Assembly: GCA_001600695.1 (NCBI GenBank)
Contig: BCKQ01000004.1
Location: 1,188,391-1,252,390, forward strand
Direction of reading: 5' to 3'
DNA from: Ascoidea asiatica JCM 7603
Lineage: Eukaryota > Fungi > Ascomycota
Length of the DNA: 64,000 nucleotides
Shown here: positions 1 through 11,848 of the stretch, piece after piece
Layout of the letters: each line of letters begins with the position of its first letter
How positions within the stretch are numbered: position 1 is the stretch's first letter
Notes under the pieces: generated by a model
What the model was told of the DNA's origin: nothing
Seen by the model: only the letters and a program-made list of their open reading frames with translations
Database searches by the model: none
Position numbers and translations under genes: made by a program

Positions 1-684
1 GATGATAGTGAAGATGATAGTGAAGATGATAATGAAGAGCTTGATAGTGAAGATGTTGATAGCGAAGAAGAAGGAAGTGAAGAGAATGATAATGAAGAAA
101 AAGATAGTGAAGAATATGATAGTGAAGAGGAAGATAGTGTAGAAGAAGATAGTGAAGAAGAATGGAGTGAAGAATATGATCTTGGTTATGGAAGTCAGAG
201 GATATATACGGATGGTGCATCATTTTACCATGATACAAATCATCCTATAGCCGGTTTTGGAGTTTTTTTCAATATTGGTGATAAAAGGAATCTTTCAGGG
301 AGAATTTCTGGAAGGCAAACTAATCAAAGAGCAGAATGGACTGCTATTCATAGAGCATTGAAAATTATTAAAAAAGATATTGATACTGACTCTCTTCCTT
401 GGACGCATTTCGAAATTTGGACAGATTCTAAAAATTCTGTTGAATGTTTTAATTACTTGCATAAAAAATGGGAAAAAAATAAATGGATAAGTAGTAAGGG
501 AAATCCTCTTCATGACCAAGATTTAATTAAGGGATGTTTGAAAATGATTCGTTATATAAATAATGCTTACTATAAAGCTGATATACCTAAATTGAAATTT
601 AAATTTGTTAAAAGTCATAGTGGAAATTTTGGAAATGATCAAGCTGATAAATTGGCGCGAAAAAGTTGTAAAGTTTATCACTGA
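1..684 (+). CDS. RNH1: Ribonuclease H1-type protein, 5'-partial: acidic D/E/S tract followed by an RNase H catalytic domain
   Basis: Frame 1 is open from base 1: ~60 aa of DSEE-type repeats, then IYTDGA...AGFGVFF...GRQTNQRAEW...IWTDS...VKSHSGNFGNDQADKLA, carrying the D-E-D-D catalytic residues. The ORF track shows only the C-terminal half. Orthologue versus paralogue not resolved. Confidence 0.85.
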   Translation, partial: DDSEDDSEDDNEELDSEDVDSEEEGSEENDNEEKDSEEYDSEEEDSVEEDSEEEWSEEYDLGYGSQRIYTDGASFYHDTNHPIAGFGVFFNIGDKRNLSGRISGRQTNQRAEWTAIHRALKIIKKDIDTDSLPWTHFEIWTDSKNSVECFNYLHKKWEKNKWISSKGNPLHDQDLIKGCLKMIRYINNAYYKADIPKLKFKFVKSHSGNFGNDQADKLARKSCKVYH

Positions 685-1834
685 TTTTAAAAGCTTTTTT
701 AATTTATATTTATTGCCATTCAGTTTATTTTTTTGCATAAAATCTAGAAAATTCCTCGGATTTGATGAACATTATAAAACCAAATAATTTTTAAGGTTCC
801 AAAAGTCTTGAAGTGAAATCTTTAAATAATAAACTTTTTATTTTAAGAGCGGTAATGGTGGGTATCTCTTTAAACTCACCTATTCAAAATCTTTATTTTT
901 TTTTTCATGACTATCAATTTTTATATAGAATCTTTTTTTTCTTTTATTCACTATAATGCCTTTTGTTCTCATATTTTTAGCATATTTATTTTCTTTCTTT
1001 ATCTTATTTAAATGATTTTAGTTCCTTTTAATGATGAATACATCCTTACTTTGTGATTTCATTTTGATAAAATTTTCTATCATGACTATAAATATTCTTT
1101 TCACTTTTAGTAATTAGCTACTCTCTCTTTTAATTAAGTGTAAAATTAGATGAAGCGCTGAAACTATTTGTTAAATTTCTTTTTTGCTTCGTCAAGCTTC
1201 TTTTATCTTTTGTATCAAACTGAAAGATTTCTCTTTGTTGTTTTTATATATTATATCGACAGACAGAGGTTCCGTGTTTCTGGTCTCTGGGCAAAAAAGA
1301 CCTTGTTTTGTGAAAATGAAAACGTCTCGACTCAAATCCACCTCATTTTTTGTTTCTGTTTTCATTTGAAGTCTGAATTCAAAATCACCACATTCTAGTT
1401 CCTTTTTAGATCATGATGATGTATAATGATAACATTGTTAAAAATTTGTATGGTCCTTTGATTTCAATTGATTGTCTTAGAATTCATTAGTTATTTCAAT
1501 ATTAAGAAATATTATATCTTTTTTCTTCAATTATAGTCAAAATAACCAAAAAGTTAATACATTACAAATTTTTGGTAAAATTCAGATAATAATGAACTAG
1601 ATAATAATCAATCATTCAATCAATCAACTCTATTAAATGAAAAAACTTCTGTTTTTATTATTTGAATTCTGTATCTATAAAATTTAATCTTAAATTAGTT
1701 AGTGAGTTCACCTGTATTACTCGAACATTACAAAGAGATCTTAAATAACTAATGCTATAAATTATTTTAAAATGAATATGTAATAGGATCTGATCAATTT
1801 CATTATCAAAATTATAATTATCAATTGGTATTAA

Positions 1835-2428
1835 ATGCTAAATTTAGAATCTGGTTTGTCAATTATTAAAGATGCAACTAAGTCTTCAAAAGATTCATTG
1901 AAAATAGGAAAAAAAAAGAATGATCCTGTATTACAATATTTGGATTTATACTCTGGATCAAATTTATCTTTAACACATACTCCTGAGACTCATAATTTAA
2001 TTTCAAATTTAGATGATAGTGTTTGCTATTTCAATATAAATAATAATCAAGATAGAGAATTATTAAAAGATAAATATAGAAGAAAAAATAAATTAAATAA
2101 TGATAGCAATAATTGTAATAAGAATAATAAATCATTCAAAAAAAAAAATTACCTTCAGTTAAAAAAATTAAAACTTCTTAATATAAGTAAAAAATTAATG
2201 ATTAAATTTAAGAAAAAAATTAAAAATAGTGTACTGAATTTGAATCCAGATCCCTTCAAAGATTTATATAATGATGTTTTAGAAAATAAAAATTCAAATC
2301 TTAAAGATAAAATATATGATTCAGAAACTAATGAATTAATGTTTACTCATCAAACTGTTATGATTGGATCTTGGAGACGACATCAAGAAAATGCGAAATC
2401 TGCTTCTCCATATATACATACTATTTAA
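1835..2428 (+). CDS. Hypothetical basic protein (197 aa)
   Basis: 594-nt ATG ORF with codon style like neighbouring genes; high-complexity C-terminus MFTHQTVMIGSWRRHQENAKSASPYIHTI; family not recognised. Confidence 0.6.
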   Translation: MLNLESGLSIIKDATKSSKDSLKIGKKKNDPVLQYLDLYSGSNLSLTHTPETHNLISNLDDSVCYFNINNNQDRELLKDKYRRKNKLNNDSNNCNKNNKSFKKKNYLQLKKLKLLNISKKLMIKFKKKIKNSVLNLNPDPFKDLYNDVLENKNSNLKDKIYDSETNELMFTHQTVMIGSWRRHQENAKSASPYIHTI

Positions 2429-2884
2429 TTTATTTTATATAATTTTTTATTATTGATTCAAGACTTTTTGAAATATGAAAATATTCTTGTTATGAAACTT
2501 ATTTTATTGTAAATCAGATCTCTTTATCATCTATAAATCAGGTAGGTACAAAAGTAAATCTTCAATGTTTGCAATATTTTTTTTCATTTTAACAAACTTT
2601 TAGATCAATCAAAATTATCTTAAGTTCTTTGAAAGGAAAAAGTCACCTTACGTAAATAGAAGACAATACTTCTTGCAAGAGATAATTACAAAAGTATTAC
2701 AATTTTTGTATTGGAATAAAACTAATTTATTACCATATAAACATTACAACCGAACATTTCCACCCACAAAAATGGATTCGTTATCGGATACTTAAATGAA
2801 ATATTATTCCCATTAAACTGCCCACAAACCTGGTCTCAATTTCTCGTTTTATTAAACTGCGGAGTTAAGAAAAGGAAATGTCTT

Positions 2885-2893
2885 GGTGGCAAA
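2885..2893 (+). promoter_or_regulatory. Canonical Rpn4/PACE element GGTGGCAAA
   Basis: Exact 9-mer within a GC-rich island; target gene unclear. Confidence 0.4.
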
Positions 2894-5407
2894 AAATAAA
2901 TCCCGTTATGCAAATTCTGAGTGGGGGTTCGTTTATGACACAAGTACCCTTTTTATTGGGAATAAGCACATAGAGATAGTCTCCTGCTATCCGGAATTGG
3001 GTTATTCACCAGCCACAACCAACACCTGGAACCTGGACAAACAAGGTCAGGTAAACAAGCAACTGAGCTCTTATTTTTACACGTAACGGCACTCTATCGT
3101 TAGGGCTCTATTCTTTTTGTCTCCACCATTTGAGTGTGTATGTGATCATTGATTTTAACAATTGTTACACATTTACATGAAAAGATATAAATAGGAGCTG
3201 TTTTCTCCTTCATCGATAGAAACAATCTCTTTTTAATTCTCTTAATCCATCTTCCAATATCCAATATCCATAATCCAATATCCATAATCCAATATCAAAA
3301 TGTATCCAAATTTAAATTCAAATTCAACCTCCAATTCAATTTCAAATTCCAGTTCTAATTCAAATATATCCATCTTAGAAGTAGTATTTCAGTGATGATT
3401 AAAAATATATCTTACAAAGTACTTATTATAGTATGAATTTATTATAATATTGTATCTTTCATTAAGAAAAAAACAAAATTCGAATTTCATTATATTTTAT
3501 ATCTATGTTATTTTCTATAATTTGCTTTAAGATTATATTAAAATTTGCTAACTTCGTAAGTAATTTTTACTAACAAATCCATCATTCAATCAATCGCTCA
3601 ATCAATCAATCAGTCTATCAATCAATCAATTGTTTAATTTTTAAATTTATAAATGGTTTATCGATAACTTAAATGTAAGTTTAAATTAATGTTTAAATAA
3701 TTTTTTTATTAAAAAATCTCTTTCTGCTAAAACATGTCATAATATAAAGTTATTTAAATTCATTCTTTAATATTTGGATTGAGTGAGTAAATTCTTTTTG
3801 TTTAATTATCTTTTTGAAATTAAATTTCTATTTTTTTTTTTTCTTTTGATTTTTAATTTTTAAAAAGTGTTATTTTAAATTGTAATTCAAACATAGTAAT
3901 AAGGCGTAAAATTAAATAATTTTTAGCTCAAAGATGTACAGTCTTTCATATTAATGAGATATTAATATGAAACAGTAACAAAGACATCACTGATCTTGAA
4001 TTTAGCATTTAACTGGTTTATTTATTAAAGATATTGACAATAACGGGTTTTTATATCCTTTATTTTAGAATTATAATTTTTTTAATTATTAATTTTAAAA
4101 TATGATATAATTGTAATGAAAAAGTAAAGAAGAATTTTTTTTTTTCTTTTACTTCCTGTATATGGCATATCTAAAAGAAATCTCCATAATTGCGAACACA
4201 TTTTGAAGTGATGTTTATAGAATTTATATATTTAAATTAGAATATTTAAAATATTTGATTTCTGGATTTGGAATTTATCTATCTATAAAGATATGATTTG
4301 ATGATAAAAGATATGATATAACATAATCTATTATTAAATACTATTATAAAATAAGTATAAAAAAAAGTGATATTGGAAATTTAATGATAATCATTAAGAA
4401 TATGAAAAAAATAACATAAAAATGTTAATACCTATAACTTAAAAAGTTAATAGGATATCCTAATTCAAAAATTCTTACATACTTTTCAAATCTTATATTA
4501 ATTTACCTTTATTAACTTTTTGTCATTTAAAATAATTCAATTTTACGAATTGAATTGAAATCTCTTTTTGAATAGTAAATTATGACTTTAAATAACAATT
4601 CCAATAAATTCCAATAAATTCCAAATAAATTTCAATATATTTTCTTAATAATTGAATTATTTAAACAGTTTTTCAAATTTATTTTTTAATTTATAGATTT
4701 ACCATATGTTTATTTAAAAAATATTCAATAAAATAACAAATTAAAGAAAAAGGAAATCAAAAAAAAACAAATTTAAAAATTATTTTCCATATTTTTTTAA
4801 AGTGATGAATAGTTAATAGCATTTATATTAATTAATGATTGGAGATTATTCTGAGGGATATTTATTTTTAATATATGTATGGATATATTTTGAAATTATG
4901 AAAAGGAATAGATTTTGAAATAAATTGGTATGTAAAACTGTTTTTTCATTTATTATTAACAATTATTTTGAACTTAGGAGTTTATATTTGGTATTTTAAA
5001 AAATAATTTGATTTTATTTGGAAAAATTGGTTTATATCAACTCAACTGATGGCTTTTGTTGCTTGATTATTTGTGTTTCTTATGCTTCTTTCTTAAAATT
5101 TCAATTCAATTCGATTTTTTTAATTTTTTGTAAACTATATTTGTAATTATTGTATTTGTTTTTAATTTTATATTTACTATTTTCTATATTAATTTAATAA
5201 TTTCAAATGAATTTCCTTTTAAATCAATCTGTAACTAATATTTCAAAAACCGATTTAAAAAGGAGTCCCGCATTTGTGGTTTCTAATTTTTTTTACATTT
5301 TTTGTGAGTCCAGTTTTGAGGTTTTCCTTAAACAGTCACCTGACTTCCGCCGATGATTTTTGAAATTGAGCTTTCGTTGAAGCTTTAATTGATCAACTTT
5401 CAAGTCT

Positions 5408-5432
5408 GAGGGCAAATTTAGATTTTGCCTCC
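5408..5432. promoter_or_regulatory. Inverted pair of variant Rpn4-like sites upstream of RPT1
   Basis: GAGGGCAAA on + at 5408 and GGAGGCAAAA on - at 5423-5432, ~180 bp upstream of a proteasome ATPase gene. Confidence 0.45.
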
Positions 5433-5608
5433 CATGAATTTGAAAAATGTTTATATCAACAACAAGTTGAATCATTTAAAACAAAGAAATAATTAATTCA
5501 ATTAGTTTTATAATTAGTTCAATTTTATCTCAATTAACTAGTTTATTAATCTATTCAAACAATATTCAAAATTCATTATAAAAACTTATTTAATATCATT
5601 TATTAAAA

Positions 5609-7054
5609 ATGCCACGAATTAATCAAGATTGGGAAAAATATAAATATGTACCTGATAAAGAAGATGAAGATGATAAAAAAGATAAAAAAGTAACTCCATT
5701 ATCAGATGAAGATATTCAAGTATTGAAAACTTATGGTTTAGCACCATATGCTACAGATTTAAAAAAAGTATCTCAAGATATTAAAGAAATTGAAGAATTA
5801 ATTAAAGAAAAAATTGGTGTTAAAGAAAGTGATACAGGTTTAGCTCCACCACATTTATGGGATATAATTGGTGATAAACAAAGAATGACTGAAGGTGTAC
5901 CTTTACAGGTTGCAAGATGTACAAAAATTATTCATTCTAAACCAGAAAATTCAAATGTTACTGCTCCTGGTTCTAATATTAATAATATTAATAATACAAG
6001 TACGGAAAATAATAATAATATAAGTGGGACTAATAATGAAGATATTAATATGAATGAAGATGAAATAGATGATAAAGCTAAATATGTTATAAATTTAAAA
6101 CAAATAGCAAAATTTGTAGTTGGATTAGGTGAGAGAGTTTCACCAACAGATATAGAAGAAGGAATGAGAGTTGGAGTTGGTAGAACAAAATATGAAATTG
6201 TTTTACCATTACCACCAAGAATTGATCCAAGTGTAACAATGATGACAGTTGAAGAAAAGCCAGATGTAACTTATAGTGATATTGGAGGTTGTAAAGAACA
6301 AATTGAAAAATTAAGAGAAGTTGTTGAATTACCTTTATTAAGTTCAGAAAGATTTGTAACTTTAGGTATTGATCCACCAAAGGGTATATTATTATATGGA
6401 CCACCAGGTACAGGTAAAACATTATGTGCAAGAGCAGTTGCAAATAGAACAGATGCCACATTTATTAGAGTTATTGGATCAGAATTAGTTCAAAAATATG
6501 TTGGAGAAGGTGCAAGAATGATTAGAGAATTATTTGAAATGGCAAGAACAAATAATGCATCAATTATATTTTTTGATGAAATTGATGCAATTGGTGGAGT
6601 TAGATTTGATGATGGAGCAGGAGGAGATAATGAAGTTCAAAGAACAATGTTAGAATTAATTACACAATTAGATGGATTTGATGCAAGAGGTAATATTAAA
6701 GTTATGTTTGCAACTAATAGACCAAATACTTTAGATCCAGCATTATTAAGACCAGGTAGAATTGATAGAAAAGTTGAATTTTCATTACCAGATTTAGAAG
6801 GTAGAATAAATATATTTAAAATTCATTCAAAATCTATGAGTTGTGAAAGAGATATAAGATGGGAATTAATTAGTAGATTATGTCCAAATTCTACAGGAGC
6901 AGAATTAAGATCAGTTTGTACAGAAGCTGGAATGTTTGCAATTAGAGCAAGAAGAAAAGTTGCATCAGAAAAAGATTTTTTAGCAGCAGTTGAAAAAGTT
7001 ATTAAAGGTAATATGAAATTTAGTTCAACATCTCAATATATGCAATATAATTAA
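5609..7054 (+). CDS. RPT1: 26S proteasome regulatory AAA ATPase Rpt1 (PSMC2)
   Basis: [27 protein letters not shown], Walker A GPPGTGKT, Walker [10 protein letters not shown]-terminal [11 protein letters not shown]. Confidence 0.97.
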   Translation: MPRINQDWEKYKYVPDKEDEDDKKDKKVTPLSDEDIQVLKTYGLAPYATDLKKVSQDIKEIEELIKEKIGVKESDTGLAPPHLWDIIGDKQRMTEGVPLQVARCTKIIHSKPENSNVTAPGSNINNINNTSTENNNNISGTNNEDINMNEDEIDDKAKYVINLKQIAKFVVGLGERVSPTDIEEGMRVGVGRTKYEIVLPLPPRIDPSVTMMTVEEKPDVTYSDIGGCKEQIEKLREVVELPLLSSERFVTLGIDPPKGILLYGPPGTGKTLCARAVANRTDATFIRVIGSELVQKYVGEGARMIRELFEMARTNNASIIFFDEIDAIGGVRFDDGAGGDNEVQRTMLELITQLDGFDARGNIKVMFATNRPNTLDPALLRPGRIDRKVEFSLPDLEGRINIFKIHSKSMSCERDIRWELISRLCPNSTGAELRSVCTEAGMFAIRARRKVASEKDFLAAVEKVIKGNMKFSSTSQYMQYN

Positions 7055-7165
7055 TAAAGTTTATAATTTCAATATAAAATACATTTATTTTTTTTTGATT
7101 TAATTTATTGTTTATTTTATATATAAAATATGTAATGAATATGATTATTATAAGTAAATTTATAA

Positions 7166-8101
7166 TTAATTTTTATAATGAAAATTTCTAAAAAAATCCA
7201 TACAATTTGTAAAAACAACTAATAAAATTCCACCACCAGGACCTAATCTTAAAACTTTTGGTAAATAACCTTTATATAAAGCTTTAAAACCTTCTTCTTT
7301 ATAAATAATAAATAAAGAAGGAATTGTCCAATTATATTTTGGTATAATTCCAGGAATTTTAATATTTGATTGAATTCTTGATTTTACAACATCAAATGGA
7401 GTATTTAAAGTTGTACCAATTATACCACCAATTGCACCAGAAATTAAATCATTTAAAGTTTTTTGAGAATTATTTTTTGAAATTGGTAAAATTGATTTAA
7501 TTTGAAATATACAACCAAAATAACCTGCATTCCAAATTATATGTCTAAAAAGAGTTGATTCTAAACCATTATAAAAAGATAAAATTCCTTCATTTTTCAA
7601 AGTTTTTCTTATAACATCAATCATACCATTATAATTTTTTGATTGAGATTTATCTTGTAATCTAATTTTAATTAATTCAAAAGGTACAACTACAAAAGAT
7701 TCAGTTGCACCAGCACTTGCACCAGTTAATATTGATAAAGGTTGATTCATTTCATTAATTTTAAATTTAGATTTATAAAAAGAACCCCAAGAATCATTTG
7801 AAGCAAATTTTACAGCTCTTTTTGGAGCTTCCATTAATAAAGGAGCACTTATACCTCTATATAATTTAGAAGGACCTTCTTGTTTTATAATTTTTTTTAT
7901 ACAATCTATTACACCATTATAATGATTTGGATCATTTTTTATAATTTTTACAGAAGATGATGATGATGATGATGAAATTTGTAATTGAATTCTAGTTTTA
8001 ACAATATCTAAAGGATATAAAGCTAAAATTTCAGATATTCCAGCAATTGCACCTGAAGAAAATTGATAAATAAAAGGTAATGGTCGATTATCTGTATTCA
8101 T
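7166..8101 (-). CDS. ODC1: Mitochondrial 2-oxodicarboxylate carrier (ODC1/ODC2 type)
   Basis: Three carrier signatures (PLDIVKTRIQ, PFELIKIRLQ, PFDVVKSRIQ); ODC-typical PLPFIYQF, LMEAPKRAVKFA, LRLGPGGGILLVVF. Confidence 0.92.
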   Translation of the reverse strand: MNTDNRPLPFIYQFSSGAIAGISEILALYPLDIVKTRIQLQISSSSSSSSVKIIKNDPNHYNGVIDCIKKIIKQEGPSKLYRGISAPLLMEAPKRAVKFASNDSWGSFYKSKFKINEMNQPLSILTGASAGATESFVVVPFELIKIRLQDKSQSKNYNGMIDVIRKTLKNEGILSFYNGLESTLFRHIIWNAGYFGCIFQIKSILPISKNNSQKTLNDLISGAIGGIIGTTLNTPFDVVKSRIQSNIKIPGIIPKYNWTIPSLFIIYKEEGFKALYKGYLPKVLRLGPGGGILLVVFTNCMDFFRNFHYKN

Positions 8102-8416
8102 TTTAATAAAATATATATATATATATATTTAAAAAATATTTTTTTTGACACTAGAGGGGTATTTGTGATCCTAAATAATGAGAATTGCAAATGGAAAGTG
8201 GAAAGTAAAAGGAAAGAATTAAAAATATTGAAAAAAGAGAATTAGTTTTATACGATTTTAAATATTAGATATTAGATATTAGAAAGTATACAATTGATTT
8301 GAATTTGAGAATAAATTAATATTTTCATCAATAATTATTATTATTATTCATATATTTATTTTTTTCTTCAATTTTTCATCGAATAACGTTAAAGAGCCAT
8401 TTCAGTGAGTAAAAGT

Positions 8417-8453
8417 ATTGTAGCATTGTAGCATTGTAGCATTGTAACATTGT
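8417..8453. repeat. 8-bp tandem repeat (ATTGTAGC)x~4.5
   Basis: attgtagc x3, attgtaac, attgt at the edge of the ODC upstream GC island. Confidence 0.9.
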
Positions 8454-10061
8454 CGACTCACTGCAGAATTTGACCAGATTTAGTTTCTTAACTGAGATAT
8501 TCTGTGTCTGAAGCCGGGAGCCAATCAGCGGCCAAGAACAAAGCTGCACCAGGGCAAGGACCAGATCCGGCAGTTTCTCACGCGCTTATCCGAAACACTA
8601 GCCACAGAGACACCATCCACACACTAGCCATCATACTCATCCACACATCAGCCATGCACTTGCCACTTTGCAGTCCGGTTAAGTTTCCGTGCACCTTCTT
8701 CTATTCCTGACTCCGGAACCCCCTTGCATCCGTCTCTCCTCCACAAACTCGAAACTTTTCAAAACGCACCAGAAGCAGCAGAAACAGAAGAACTTGAAGA
8801 ACTTGAGAAAGGAAGAAGAAAAGATTGAAATATAATTGGGTTAGGCTGTTAGTGGTAGACATTCCATTCAAACTAATACTAAGTATCGTTATCGTATAGG
8901 ACACTTAACTCACTGACTTTATTATATGGACAATAAACTAAATAACTAACTAAGTAAGTAATTAATTAATAAAGGTCTCGCTTGGACTGAGTAAGAATTT
9001 AATTTTAGATTTTAAATTAGTTCAATTCTTTGAATAAATAATATGAATAATTTTTATAATTTCATATCCTAATTTTTAACTTCTATATCATTTATATCAG
9101 AGCTTCTTTGTCAAAGAAACAAAATTTAATTATTACATCTTTATTTACAAATTAAGTCATTCTTTGAACCAAATAAATAAATAAAAATAAATGAAATTTA
9201 AAAGAAATAAACAAAGAAAATTCAATCAAATTATTAAAAAGAAATGATTAATTGTCATTGATATTCAGATTTATTGATTATTGATTATTGATTAATGATA
9301 TGAAAGAAGTTAAAATTTAATAAACTACAAATCATATACTGTAGTATATACTATATACTATAACACTAGTTAATATATTTATTACTCGAGTAAATATACA
9401 GTATAATAATTACCATATTATTATTACATATTAACATCATTTGAATATCATTTATCATTTATCATTTAACTAAAATTTAATTATGTATTGTATTTATTAT
9501 AAAGTATATAATATAATATAAAATTTTTTAAAATTTGACTCTGATATCAATTCATCCATAAAACATATAAAACATATAAAATTAATAAAATTAATAAAAT
9601 TAATGAAATTAATAATAAAAAATTTAAAATTTATAATATTTTTCATATAATCTTATCAAATTATTCTAAATAACTATATATTAATAAAATATTCATTTAT
9701 TTATAAATAAATAAATAAATTAAGTACTCAATTCATATCTTATAAACATTATAATATTTGAAATTTTAAAATTTCATATTCTTTCAAAAACCTAAATCAA
9801 TTTTCATCAATATATTATAATAGATCTTTAATTTTTTTTATAATGTTCATTATATTTTACAAATTATGAAGTTAATTAATATAATTTAATTTCACTTCAT
9901 TTCATTTCATCTATTATTATCCAATACAATCCATTATCATTATCATTTCATATCATATAATATAATATAATTTAATATAAAATTAACTAGATACTCTTAT
10001 CAATCAATCTCTTTACTTATCTCAATATACATATACATATACATAAACATATATCCAATAT

Positions 10062-10124
10062 ATCAATAGTCAATAGTCAATAGTAAATAGTCAATAGTCA
10101 ATAGTCAATAATCAATAATCAATA
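10062..10124. repeat. 7-bp tandem repeat (TCAATAG/TCAATAA)x~9 abutting the ATG at 10125
   Basis: Seen directly in the sequence. Confidence 0.9.
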
Positions 10125-10520
10125 ATGATATATGAAACTTTTTTTAGTAAAGTTATAGTTCTGGTATTTATTTATAATATTAAAAAACAAAAATATATTT
10201 TTTTTCAACATAATTCAAATAAATTTTATTTAACTAATGATTTAAATGTATTTTGGAAAGCTTTTGAAAATTCATTTAATTTTGGTGAAAAAAAAATTAT
10301 TGATGGTGAAGAAATGATTTATCAAAATGGTTCTTCAAAAAATCTTGCAATTTTTATTTCTGAAACAAGAGTTGTAATTGCTTCAAGAAAAGATACTAAA
10401 AATTCAATATTTATAATGTCTTATTATCATGAAGGTAGAAGATATAATCTTGATCCAGAATATTTCTTAAAAGGTATTGTCAGAGATCTTTTTTCTTTAA
10501 TGAATAATTGTAATGATTAA
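10125..10520 (+). CDS. Small protein (131 aa), possible divergent profilin-fold protein
   Basis: Clean ATG ORF, non-repetitive, host-like codons; size and residue pattern parallel profilin (FWKAFEN, IIDGEEMIY, TKNSIFIMSY, C-terminal helix IVRDLFSLM). Confidence 0.6.
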   Translation: MIYETFFSKVIVLVFIYNIKKQKYIFFQHNSNKFYLTNDLNVFWKAFENSFNFGEKKIIDGEEMIYQNGSSKNLAIFISETRVVIASRKDTKNSIFIMSYYHEGRRYNLDPEYFLKGIVRDLFSLMNNCND

Positions 10521-11142
10521 TTTTTTTTTATAAACACTTTATATTATCTTATATTATCTTATCTTATCTTATCTTATCTTTCTATTTTTCTTTTTATTTT
10601 TTTTCAAATAACTAGCTATATTATATAATTAAACAATAAACCAAAAAAAAAAAAACAATCAAATTTTAAATTGTAAACTAAGTTTAGTTCTATTTCAACA
10701 GTTTTTTTTTTTCTCCTTCTTATTGTTTTAAAATACTTAGAATAAAAAGAAGTAATTTAAAAAGTAATTTAAAAAGTAAAATTAAACTAATTAAATTATA
10801 GTTTTATTAAAAAGTAATTTTGAATACAATTTATTTCAAATGATTAAGTCATCTTGCATATGCATTTTATTTTAATTTTTTTTATTTTTTTTTATTTTTT
10901 TTTATTTTTTTTTAAATTTAAATTTTTTGAAAAAAACAACAGAAGTTAAAATTTGAAAAATTTGATCTAGATTTTTTTATAAATATATAAATTATGACAT
11001 AATTAATGGATTAGCTTTAGTCTTGGGTAAGTAATATTCATTTTAAATTTATAAATAAACAAATAAAAGAAAATAAAATAAAATAAAAATTATTCATAAA
11101 ATTATTCATAAAATTATTCATAAAATTATCAAAATTTATAAT

Positions 11143-11848
11143 TTATACTATTGGTGTTGTTTTCTTTTTCTTTTTTTTCTCTTCAATTTGTTCAACTTTA
11201 ATATTTTTTAAACCTTTATCATTTAATAATTTTAAAATATATTCTTCAGCTTCATCACCAACATCACCTTGAATAATTAAATCTTCTTTTTTTTCAGCAT
11301 TTTTAACTACAGAACATCCAGTTGCAAATTTACTTGAAAATGTTTTTGATAATTTTTTTAAATCAATTTCAAAAACTTCTAAACCAGAAATTGAAATAAC
11401 TCTTTTTCTTTTAGTTCTTTCAATTCTTTTAATTATAATTTTTGATGATAATTTTATTTCTAAAGCTCTTTGTTGTTTTTTAGCTTCTTTAATTTGTAAT
11501 TTTTCTAAATCTTTTTCTAATGCTTTTTGTTTTTCAACAGATAATGATGATGATGGTACTGAACCATTTTTACTTGAATATAATTCTTCATATAATTTAG
11601 AATCTTTTGATAATAACCATTCTTTACATGAACTAAATGATCCACCAAACTCACAATAATCTACTGGTAATCCACATATTCCACAATATAATACTTCAAC
11701 AGGAGGTATCTTAATTTAATAAAAAAGAAAAATTTAATAAATAGAGGTAATTAGTTAGTAATTAGTTAGTAATGATCTCAATATTATTAAACTTTTCAAC
11801 TCAATTCAATTAAAAAAAGGGATGATTATCACTTACTGGTTCTGACAT
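11143..11848 (-). CDS. TMA22: Translation machinery-associated protein 22 (DENR, SUI1 domain); exons 11848-11837 and 11709-11143, 192 aa
   Basis: Exon 1 ATG TCA GAA CCA then GTAAGT; two TACTAAC branch sites; AAG acceptor; exon 2 reads EVLYCGICGLPVDYCEFGG...IIIKRIERTKRKRV...SKFATGCSV...IIQGDV. Absent from the ORF track. Confidence 0.93.
11710..11836 (-). other. Spliceosomal intron of TMA22 (127 nt, phase 0)
   Basis: GTAAGT donor, TACTAAC at 11771-11765 and 11760-11754, TTAAG acceptor; splicing restores the frame. Confidence 0.88.

Noticed and set aside
4802-4854. GTGATGA...CTGA box C/D-like pair
   Set aside because: Only 53 nt, no terminal stem, no rRNA-complementary guide recognised.
5940-6075. 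Asn-rich insertion in Rpt1
   Set aside because: S. cerevisiae Rpt1 has a low-complexity insertion at the same place; not novel.
8491-8540. CTGAGA motif suggesting a TPP riboswitch
   Set aside because: Downstream conserved elements and an intron context are missing.
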